NCBI GenBank assembly: GCA_002269645.1
Contig: NIVC01000038.1
Span: forward strand, 1 to 64,000
Reading direction: 5' to 3'
Source: Macrostomum lignano
Taxonomy: Eukaryota
DNA length: 64,000 nucleotides
In this document: positions 33,306-44,082 of the stretch, in pieces
How positions within the stretch are numbered: position 1 is the first letter of the stretch
Layout: each line of letters begins with the position of its first letter
Position numbers and translations under genes: made by a program
Notes under the pieces: generated by a model
The model's input: the letters and a program-made list of their open reading frames with translations, nothing else
Database searches by the model: none
What the model was told of the DNA's origin: nothing

Positions 33306-36300
33306 GACGGACTGAAAGCGCCGATAATCAAACCAATTGAAATTTGTTACCAGCCTCCTCCATTACTGAATTTACTCAAATGATAGCTGGCCTGAATTTG
33401 TGTACTCAACCCCCCCCCAACTACAATCTTGGCAGAAATTTTAAAAGTATGGAATCGTTTTTTCAATGCTGTGCTTTTTGTTTTCATATTTAAAGCAAAT
33501 AACTTATATCCCCGAATTCAGCGTTGCAAGATCCTTCCAGCAATATCAGTCTCTCCTCTCAAAGTTAAAAAAAGGAACAGTTAACGTCTGAACTTCCCGG
33601 TTCAAAGCATTAAGTATCGAGTGTACATTCACCTGCCTGCTGTTTATTCATTGAATTTCACTGCCCAGCTAATATACAGACAGGCTGCCTTTTGAAAGGC
33701 GCCGATAGTAAAACCAATTGAATCTCGACACAGTCCTATCTATCTGTTTACAATGTACATTGCTATGTACACTCAGCCCAAACCAACCCTCCGTTCTGGA
33801 GGGAAGCATTAAATTTAACTGAACCCCCCAACACGCGGGGTTTTATTAGCATTGAACCCAGAACACGCATCAACCACCCCTCCAATACACAGCGACCTGC
33901 GGGGGAGGTTGGGGTGGTTGTTTTTACAATAATGCCACTGGAGAGGCAAAGTGGCCAAAGAAGGTTAAGAAAACAGTTTTTTGCTTTTTTAACGGACTTG
34001 ACTTTTAATTTTTCAACATTAAAATAGCCTATTTGTTGCGTAGGAAAATTTTGAATTGATATATGTAAGTCCCGCATTTGAGTTGCCAGCCGTCTAGGAG
34101 GAGATACGCGTTAAACCCGGCCGGTCGATCGACCCACTCAGCTTTAGATATAAGACGAGGCCAACTCCTCCTTCGGAGAAGAAAGGGGAAGAACTCCAAT
34201 CAGCGGAATTCCATTCCCTGAACTCCATAAGCGGAATCCCATTTTCCAACACCTCTCCGCGCAACAGAAATCGTCTCCGTGAAACTGAACACTATCGAAA
34301 TCCTCTCCGTGAAACTGAACACCATCGAAATATTCTCCGCGAAATAGAAATCCTCTCCGTGAAACTGGACTAAATCGAAATTTCTACGTCAAATAGCCCA
34401 GCTCTCAGAATTCATTGGTTAGGGTTAGGGTTAGGGTTGACAGCTGCGTGTTGAAAGGCGCCGTAAAAACATTGAACCAATTAAATTGCGCAACTTATTT
34501 CTCAGGCAGTCAGTATCAGCCTCAGTTAAAGTTAACAAAAAGATTGCGCAATCTAAATCAACCCTCAAATACACAGCAACCGACCCCCCTTCCAATACGC
34601 AGTGCAGCTAGAAATTGAACTCCCCCCCACCAACTATTGGGGGGTCGGTCGAACCCCCATTGAACTCCAAAATGAGCACAATCTTTGCAGAAAGCTAAAA
34701 GTATGAAAATCTTTTCTTGAATGCTGTGAATTTAATTTTCATATTTAAAGCAAAAAACTTATATCCCCGAACTCATTGCAGCAAGATCTTTCCAGCAATA
34801 TAAGTCTCTCCTCTCTAAGTTCAAAACTCGAGCAACAGTTAGTGTTTGAAACTTTCTGATTTTAAGCATTGAAATATCGAGTGTACGTTCACTGCCTGCT
34901 AAAGATGCTCGCAAGTTTATGCATTAAAATGCACTGAATTTCACTGTGCAAAAAATACACAGGGCTTCCTGTTAAAAAACAGAACACAAATAGTTGCGCA
35001 ATTGTCTATAAAGTCAGTCAGTGAGCCAGGGTTCAAGTGTACACACGCAGCCACTGAGAACGCGACCATCCCCCCACTTGAGAGAAAATACACTGCCAAG
35101 ATAGAAAAATTTTATGGCGCAATCACTAAAATTGATGCAAATTTTCAGCTCCAAGCAGAAAGAGGGGACAATTAAGATTATCAAAGGTCAAGACCGCCAT
35201 TTTCTGCTTTTTTAGGGATCTTAAAATGTAAAAATAAAAGATTAAAATAGCCTAAAGCCATCCTCGGAAAATTTGCAGTTTTCCCACATAAGTTTCAACG
35301 CTGACTTGCAAGTATTCTAGGAGGAGTTATCCAACAAACACACACACACACAGACAAACAACGCACCAACTTTAGTATTAACGAGGCCAACTCCTCCTTC
35401 GGAGAAGAAAGGGGAAGAACTCCAATCAGCGGAATTCCATTCCCTGAACTCCATCAGCGGAATCCCATTTTCCAACACCTCTCCGCGCAACAGAAATCGT
35501 CTCCGTGAAACTGAACACTATCGAAATCCTCTCCGTGAAACTCAACACCATCGAAATATTCTCCGCGAAATAGAAATCCTCTCCGTGAAACTGGACTAAA
35601 TCGAAATTTCTACGTCAAACAGCCTAGCTCTCAGAATTCATTGGTTAGGGTTAGGGTTAGGGTTAGAGCTACACACAGCTGCGTGTTGAAAGGCGCCGTA
35701 AAAACATTGAACCAATTAAATTGCGCAACTTATTTCTCAGGCAGTCAGTATCAGCCTCAGTTAAAGTTAACACAAAGATTGCGCAATCTAAATCAACCCT
35801 CCAATACACAGCAACCGACCCCCCTTCCAATACGCAGTGCAGCTAGAAATTGAACCCCCCCCCACCAACTATTGGGGGGTCGGTCGAACCCCCATTGAAC
35901 TCCAAAATGAGAACAATCTTTGCAGAAAGCTAAAAGTATGAAAATCTTTTCTTGAATGCTGTGAATTTAATTTTCATATTTAAAGCAAAAAACTTATATC
36001 CCCGAACTCAGCGCTGCAAGCTCTTTCCAGCAATAAAAGTCTCGTCTCTCAAAGTTAAAAAATCGAGCAACAGTTAGCGTTTGAAACTTTCTGATTTTAA
36101 GCATTGAAATATCGAGTGTACCTTCACTGCCTGCTAAAGATGCTCGCGAGTTTATGCATTAAAATGCACTGAATTTCACTGTGCAAAAAATACACAGGGC
36201 TTCCTGTTAAAAAACAGAACACAAATAGTTGCGCAATTGTCTATAAAGTCAGCCAGTGAGCCAGGGTCCGATAGTACACACGCCGCCAATGAGAACGTGC

Positions 36301-39300
36301 CCATTCCCCCACAGGAGAGAAAATGCACTGGCGACATAGGAAAAAGTTGTGGCGTAATCACTCAAAATTTATGCCAATTTTCAGCTCCGAGCAGAAAAAG
36401 TGTCCAGAGAAGGTTAGGAAATCAGATTTCTGCTTTTTTAGGGATCTTAAAATTAAAAAATGAAAGATTAAAACAGCCTAAAGCCGATTCCGGAAAATTT
36501 GCAGTATTCCCATATAAGTTTCAACGCTGAGTTGCACGTAGTCTAGGAGGAGATATCCTACAAACAAACAGACAAACAAACAAACAAACAACGCACCAAC
36601 TTTAGTATTAAGAGAAGAGAAGAGAAGAGAAGAGAGAGATAGATATATATATAAGTCCCGCATTTGAGTTGCCAGCCGTCTAGGAGGAGATACGCGTTAA
36701 ACCCGGCCGGTCGATCGATCCACTCAGCTTTAGATATAACGAGGCCAACTCCTCCTTCGGAGAAGAAAGGGGAAGAACTCCAATCAGCGGAATTCCATTC
36801 CCTGAACTCCATCAGCGGAATCCCATTTTCCAACACCTCTCCGCGCAACAGAAATCGTCTCCGTGAAACTGAACACTATCGAAATCCTCTCCGTGAAACT
36901 GAACACCATCGAAATATTCTCCGCGAAATAGAAATCCTCTCCGTGAAACTGGACTAAATCGAAATTTCTACGTCAAACAGCCCAGCTCTCAGAATTCATT
37001 GGTTAGGGTTAGGGTTAGAGCTACACACAGCTGCGTGTTGAAAGGCGCCGTAAAAACATTGAACCAATTAAATTGCGCAACTTATTTCTCAGGCAGTCAG
37101 TATCAGCCTCAGTTAAAGTTAACAAAAAGATTGCGCAATCTAAATCAACCCTCAAATACACAGCAACCGACCCCCCTTCCAATACGCAGTGCAGCTAGAA
37201 ATTGAACTCCCCCCCACCAACTATTGGGGGGTCGGTCGAACCCCCATAGAACTCCAAAATGAGCACAATCTTTGCAGAAAGCTAAAAGTATGAAAATCTT
37301 TTCTTGAATGCTGTGAATTTAATTTTCATATTTAAAGCAAAAAACTTATATCCCCGAACTCATTGCAGCAAGATCTTTCCAGCAATATAAGTCTCTCCTC
37401 TCTAAGTTCAAAACTCGAGCAACAGTTAGTGTTTGAAACTTTCTGATTTTAAGCATTGAAATATCGAGTGTACGTTCACTGCCTGCTAAAGATGCTCGCA
37501 AGTTTATGCATTAAAATGCACTGAATTTCACTGTGCAAAAAATACACAGGGCTTTCTGTTAAAAAGCAGAACACAAATAGTTGCGCAATTGTCTATAAAG
37601 TCAGTCAGTGAGCCAGGGTTCAAGTGTACACACGCAGCCACTGAGAACGCGACCATCCCCCACTTGAGAGAAAATACACTGCCAAGATAGAAAAATTTTA
37701 TGGCGCAATCACTAAAATTGATACAAATTTTCAGCTCCAAGCAGAAAGAGGGGACAATTAAGATTATCAAAGGTCAAGACCGCCATTTTCTGCTTTTTTA
37801 GGGATCTTAAAAATTGAAAATGAAAGATTAAAATAGCCTAAAGCCATCCTCGGAAAATTTGCAGTTTTCCCATATAAGTTTCAACGCTGACTTGCAAGTA
37901 TTCTAGGAGGAGTTATCCAACAAACACACACACACACAGACAAACAACGCACCAACTTTAGTATTAACGAGGCCAACTCCTCCTTCGGAGAAGAAAGGGG
38001 AAGAACTCCAATCAGCGGAATTCCATTCCCTGAACTCCATCAGCGGAATCCCATTTTCCAACACCTCTCCGCGCAACAGAAATCGTCTCCGTGAAACTGA
38101 ACACTATCGAAATCCTCTCCGTGAAACTGAACACCATCGAAATATTCTCCGCGAAATAGAAATCCTCTCCGTGAAACTGGACTAAATCGAAATTTCTACG
38201 TCAAATAGCCCAGCTCTCAGAATTCATTGGTTAGGGTTAGGGTTAGGGTTGACAGCTGCGTGTTGAAAGGCGCCGTAAAAACATTGAACCAATTAAATTG
38301 CGCAACTTATTTCTCAGGCAGTCAGTATCAGCCTCAGTTAAAGTTAACAAAAAGATTGCGCAATCTAAATCAACCCTCAAATACACAGCAACCGACCCCC
38401 TTCCAATACGCAGTGCAGCTAGAAATTGAACTCCCCCCACCAACTATTGGGGGGTCGGTCGAACCCCCATTGAACTCCAAAATGAGCACAATCTTTGCAG
38501 AAAGCTAAAAGAATGAAAATCTTTTCTTGAATGCTGTGAATTTAATTTTCATATTTAAAGCAAAAAACTTATATCCCCGAACTCATTGCAGCAAGATCTT
38601 TCCAGCAATATAAGTCTCTCCTCTCTAAGTTCAAAACTCGAGCAACAGTTAGTGTTTGAAACTTTCTGATTTTAAGCATTGAAATATCGAGTGTACGTTC
38701 ACTGCCTGCTAAAGATGCTCGCAAGTTTATGCATTAAAATGCACTGAATTTCACTGTGCAAAAAATACACAGGGCTTCCTGTTAAAAAACAGAACACAAA
38801 TAGTTGCGCAATTGTCTATAAAGTCAGCCAGTGAGCCAGGGTCCGATTGTACACACGCCGCCAATGAGAACGCGCCCATTCCCCCACAGGAGAGAAAATG
38901 CACTGGCGACATAGGAAAAAGTTGTGGCGTAATCACTCAAAATTTATGCCAATTTTCAGCTCCGAGCAGAAAAAGTGTCCAGAGAAGGTTAGGAAATCAG
39001 ATTTCTGCTTTTTTAGGGATCTTAAAATTAAAAAATGAAAGATTAAAACAGCCTAAAGCCGATTCCGGAAAATTTGCAGTATTCCCATATAAGTTTCAAC
39101 GCTGAGTTGCACGTAGTCTAGGAGGAGATATCCTACAAACAAACAGACAAACAAACAAACAAACAACGCACCAACTTTAGTATTAACGAGGCCAACTCCT
39201 CCTTCGGAGAAGAAAGGGGAAGAACTCCAATCAGCGGAATTCCATTCCCTGAACTCCATCAGCGGAATCCCATTTTCCAACACCTCTCCGCGCAACAGAA

Positions 39301-41801
39301 ATCGTCTCCGTGAAACTGAAAACTATCGAAATCCTCTCCGTGAAACTGAACACCATCGAAATATTCTCCGCGAAATAGAAATCCTCTCCGTGAAACTGGA
39401 CTAAATCGAAATTTCTACGTCAAACAGCCCAGCTCTCAGAATTCATTGGTTAGGGTTAGGGTTAGGGTTAGAGCTACACACAGCTGCGTGTTGAAAGACG
39501 CCGTAAAAATATTGAACCAATTAAATTGCGCAACTTATTTCTCAGGCAGTCAGTATCAGCCTCAGTTAAAGTTAACAAAAAGATTGCGCAATCTAAATCA
39601 ACCCTCAAATACACAGCAACCGACCCCCCTTCCAATACGCAGTGCAGCTAGAAATTGAACCCCCCCCCACCAACTATTGGGGGGTCGGTCGAACCCCCAT
39701 TGAACTCCAAAATGAGCACAATCTTTGCAGAAAGCTAAAAGTATGAAAATCTTTTCTTGAATGCTGTGAATTTAATTTTCATATTTAAAGCAAAAAACTT
39801 ATATCCCCGAACTCATCGCAGCAAGATCTTTCCAGCAATATAAGTCTCTCCTCTCTAAGTTCAAAACTCGAGCAACAGTTAGTGTTTGAAACTTTCTGAT
39901 TTTAAGCATTGAAATATCGAGTGTACCTTCACTGCCTGCTAAAGATGCTCGCGAGTTTATGCATTAAAATGCACTGAATTTCACTGTGCAAAAAATACAC
40001 AGGGCTTCCTGTTAAAAAACAGAACACAAATAGTTGCGCAATTGTCTATAAAGTCAGCCAGTGAGCCAGGGTCCAATTGTACACACGCCGCCAATGAGAA
40101 CGCGCCCATTCCCCCACAGGAGAGAAAATGCACTGGCGACATAGGAAAAAGTTGTGGCGTAATCACTCAAAATTTATGCAAATTTTCAGCTCCGAGCAGA
40201 AAAAGTGTCCAGAGAAGGTTAGGAAATCAGATTTCTGCTTTTTTAGGGATCTTAAAATTAAAAAATGAAAGATTAAAACAGCCTAAAGCCGATTCCGGAA
40301 AATTTGCAGTATTCCCATATAAGTTTCAACGCTGAGTTGCACGTAGTCTAGGAGGAGATATCCTACAAACAAACAGACAAACAAACAAACAAACAACGCA
40401 CCAACTTTAGTATTAACGAGGCCAACTCCTCCTTCGGAGAAGAAAGGGGAAGAACTCCAATCAGCGGAATTCCATTCCCTGAACTCCATCAGCGGAATCC
40501 CATTTTCCAACACCTCTCCGCGCAACAGAAATCGTCTCCGTGAAACTGAACACTATCGAAATCCTCTCCGTGAAACTGAACACCATCGAAATATTCTCCG
40601 CGAAATAGAAATTCTCTCCGTGAAACTGGACTAAATCGAAATTTCTACGTCAAACAGCCCAGCTCTCAGAATTCATTGGTTAGGGTTAGGGTTAGAGCTA
40701 CACACAGCTGCGTGTTGAAAGGCTCCATAAAAACATTGAACCAATTAAATTGCGCAACTTATTTCTCAGGCAGTCAGTATCAGCGTCGGTTAAAGTTAAC
40801 AAAAAGATTGCGCAATCTAAATCAGCCCTCCAATACACAGCAACCGACCCCCTTCCAATACGCAGTGCAGCTAGAAATTGAACCCCCCTACCAACTATTG
40901 GGGGGGGTCGGTCGAACCCCCATTGAACTCCAAAATGAGCAAAATCTTTGCAGAAAGCTAAAAGTATGAAAATCTTTTCTTGAATGCTGTGAATTTAATT
41001 TTCATATTTAAAGCAAAAAACTTATATCCCCGAACTCATCGCAGCAAGATCTTTCCAGCAATAAAAGTCTCGTCTCTCAAAGTTCAAAACTCGAGCAACA
41101 GTTAGTGTTTGAAACTTTCTGATTTTAAGCATTGAAATATCGAGTGTACGTTCACTGCCTGCTAAAGATGCTCGCAAGTTTATGCATTAAAATGCACTGA
41201 ATTTCACTGTGCAAAAAATACACAGGGCTTCCTGTTAAAAAACAGAACACAAATAGTTGCGCAATTGTCTATAAAGTCAGTCAGTGAGCCAGGGTTCAAG
41301 TGTACACACGCAGCCACTGAGAACGCGACCATCCCCCCACTTGAGAGAAAATACACTGCCAAGATAGAAAAATTTTATGGCGCAATCACTAAAATTGATG
41401 CAAATTTTCAGCTCCAAGCAGAAAGAGGGGACAATTAAGATTATCAAAGGTCAAGACCGCCATTTTCTGCTTTTTTAGGGATCTTAAAAATTGAAAATGA
41501 AAGATTAAAATAGCCTAAAGCCATCCTCGGAAAATTTGCAGTTTTCCCATATAAGTTTCAACGCTGACTTGCAAGTATTCTAGGAGGAGTTATCCAACAA
41601 ACACACACACACACAGACAAACAACGCACCAACTTTAGTATTAAGATGACTTGCAAGTATTCTAGGAGGAGTTATCCAACAAACACACACACACACAGAC
41701 AAACAACGCACCAACTTTAGTATTAAGAGAGAGAGAGAGAGAAGAAGAGAGATGTTCATTTTCCTTTCAATCAGCCATCTCTAATATTTCTTACTCACTT
41801 A

Positions 41802-43142
41802 CTAGGGTCGTCAGAAAAGTTCTGTGTTTTAGAGAATAGCTCAGCTCTATGAATAGCTGAAGAGTTGGGGTTTTAGCCATAGATATATACAGATATAAAG
41901 AGTCGCTAGCTTCAGTTTTAGAGCACCATATCATTTCTAGCCAAAATAGCAGTAATTTTTCAACCACACCCATGGCGCATTCCGTCCCGCGAGAGAGTTT
42001 TTCTAAACGCGACAATCGAGCGATCATCAAGTTTCATGTCCTTCAGGGGCGTTCAGCAACCGAGATTTTTGAAGAAATGCGGCAGACCATAGGAGACTTT
42101 TGCCCATCTTATCAGACGATTCGCCGCTGGGCTATTGCCATTCGCAACGGTAAAGAAGACCTCGACGACAAGCCACGCAGTGGACGACCAACGAGTGCTC
42201 GGACTGACAGCCTGGTGAGTCAGGTGGAGGCAGCCGTGCTGCAGGACCGGAGACTGACCACCAGGCAGCTGGCTGATGCCATAGGGGTGTCCCACGACTC
42301 AGTCCACAAGATCCTGACCGAGGACCTTGGGATGCGCAAGGTCTGTGCCAAGTGGGTGCCGCATTTGCTCACTGACGATCAGCGGGCTCGGCGGGTCGCC
42401 ATGTGCGCATCCAACCTGCAGCGGTGTCGGCGGGAGGGCATGGCGTTCTTGCAAAGGATTGTTGCCTGCGACGAAACCTGGGCGCATTCTTGGGAGGCGG
42501 AGTTGAAGCGGCAGAGTGCCACATGGTGCAGGCCAGGTTCTCCGCGACCTCAAAAGGCCACCCGGAGCATCGGCCAGCTGAAGGTCATGCACGTGACTTT
42601 CTTCGACCGGGAGGGTCTGTTGTTCGATCAGCCTGTGCCAGTGGGGCAGACGGTCAATGGTGATTTCTACCTGTCGGTTTTGGTGAAAGTTCGGCGTGCC
42701 ATTCGGGACAAAAGACCTGCACTTCACGCGGCTGGCCCGATTCTGCTTCACGACAACGCAGCCCCGCACCGAAAGCAAAGCGTGCTGGCTACGATCGAGT
42801 CGTGGGGGTGGGAAATTCTTCCGCATCCGCCTTATTCCCCGGACTTAAGTCCATGCGACTTTTTCCTCTTCCCTCGCATCAAGGAGTCGATGCGAGGCCA
42901 GCGTTTCAGCACAGAGGAAGACGTGAATCAGGCCTACAAGGCTGGCATTGCCGCCGTGACGAACAATGGCATGACTACAGGCATTGACGGGCTGGTGCGG
43001 CGTTGGGAGAAGTGTATTGAAGCTGAGGGCTCATACTTTGAGTGAATAGATGTTAAGGAAGACATTTGTAACTTTTCATGTTTCTACTGTTTATCGTTCG
43101 CAAGTTATTACAATATACACAGAACTTTTCTGACAACCCTCG
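41802..43142 (+). mobile_element. Mariner DNA transposon, 1341 bp
   Basis: 26-bp TIRs CTAGGGTCGTCAGAAAAGTTCTGTGT / rc CGAGGGTTGTCAGAAAAGTTCTGTGT (2 mismatches). TA on the left flank (41800-41801); right flank is AG. Confidence 0.95.
41972..43045 (+). CDS. Mariner transposase (DD34D), 357 aa
   Basis: Motifs WVPHLL, CDETW, LLHDNAAPH and HPPYSPDLSPCDF; 34 residues between the 2nd and 3rd Asp; uninterrupted ORF. Confidence 0.97.
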   Translation: MAHSVPRESFSKRDNRAIIKFHVLQGRSATEIFEEMRQTIGDFCPSYQTIRRWAIAIRNGKEDLDDKPRSGRPTSARTDSLVSQVEAAVLQDRRLTTRQLADAIGVSHDSVHKILTEDLGMRKVCAKWVPHLLTDDQRARRVAMCASNLQRCRREGMAFLQRIVACDETWAHSWEAELKRQSATWCRPGSPRPQKATRSIGQLKVMHVTFFDREGLLFDQPVPVGQTVNGDFYLSVLVKVRRAIRDKRPALHAAGPILLHDNAAPHRKQSVLATIESWGWEILPHPPYSPDLSPCDFFLFPRIKESMRGQRFSTEEDVNQAYKAGIAAVTNNGMTTGIDGLVRRWEKCIEAEGSYFE

Positions 43143-44082
43143 AGCCGAGTAAGCCGAGTTTCCAGTCCCTTCTTTTCTATTCAATGCATCGTAAATTTAT
43201 ACCGCAGAAGTCCCTGCATGGCATAACTAGCCTACTACTTGTGCTTGCGAGAGCGAATTGAAATTAACTGAACTCGTTTTGAAACAGTCTCCGAACGTAC
43301 GTCTTGACATTACCAATTTTTTTAACAGAGGAAAATCAAATTAATTAGTAAAATTTATTATCAATTGTAAAATAAAGCAGTCGCAGGTGAATCAGTGTGG
43401 ACACTCGCAAGAGCATGTTTTACGAGACTATAGAAAAAGCCGGCCTTTGTTAACATCACAAAGAATAAAAATGGTAATTAACTTGAAAGAGTAAAGAACA
43501 GCACTTGACGTAAAACAGGAAACAAGGGATCTTAGTTAAGACAAAGGAAAGCTTACAGTTCTTACCACTAAAGACGCGGCCCTCCCATTGTACTAAATTC
43601 ATTCAGAGCAAGCCAGGGACGAAAAAAGATGTACATAAATTACATGCACTTTACTGAGTCATCGCCCCAGTACTTTGCTTTAACAATATTTGAACAAACG
43701 TTGGTAAAGAAGACCATTCGGCTAAAAACATCAAAGAACATTCAGCGTTCACCTGTAGAGAACACTGTTAAAGTGCAAGGACGCATGGAGCCTAAGTTAC
43801 AGACTTTTTATTGAAGGCCAAATTTCATTTCAACATGCATTAGCTATTTCATAATTTGCAACGTTAACATCAGCAGGAAAAGCATACGTACCAAATCATT
43901 GCGGTATTGTAGTTTTTCAAAACTAATATCCTTCAATCTTTTTAAATTCTGTTTAAATTTGAACCAGAAAGTATGTAAAAATTGCCTTCATCATGTGTAT
44001 TTAAACGTAAATATTTCATTTAGAATTTCGCTAATCCACTTCACTGACGCAATGATCTTTGTTAACAATAACAGCCACTTCT

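Larger units (their letters stand above)
28995..41752 (-). mobile_element. Head-to-tail array of 8 non-autonomous Helitron-like elements (~12.8 kb)
   Basis: On the minus strand units start (TC)TTAATACTAAAG or (TC)TTATATCTAAAG and end with a hairpin (CTCC-GAA-GGAG or CTCCG-CCAA-CGGAG), 8 nt, then CTCG. Units: 28995-31509, 31510-34155, 34156-35381, 35382-36637, 36740-37967, 37968-39186, 39187-40416, 40417-41646. The array sits between A (41753) and T (28994) with no TSD or TIR. Confidence 0.78.

Noticed and set aside
29140-33315. Long Leu/Ser-rich ORFs as membrane proteins
   Set aside because: CT-rich tracts lack stops in several frames at once; no domain structure.
34156-41646. 1.2-kb array as a 5S/snRNA/SL-RNA/histone gene cluster, or as a true telomere
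   Set aside because: No recognisable RNA gene or conserved ORF in the unit; TTAGGG runs are only 2-3 copies and internal.
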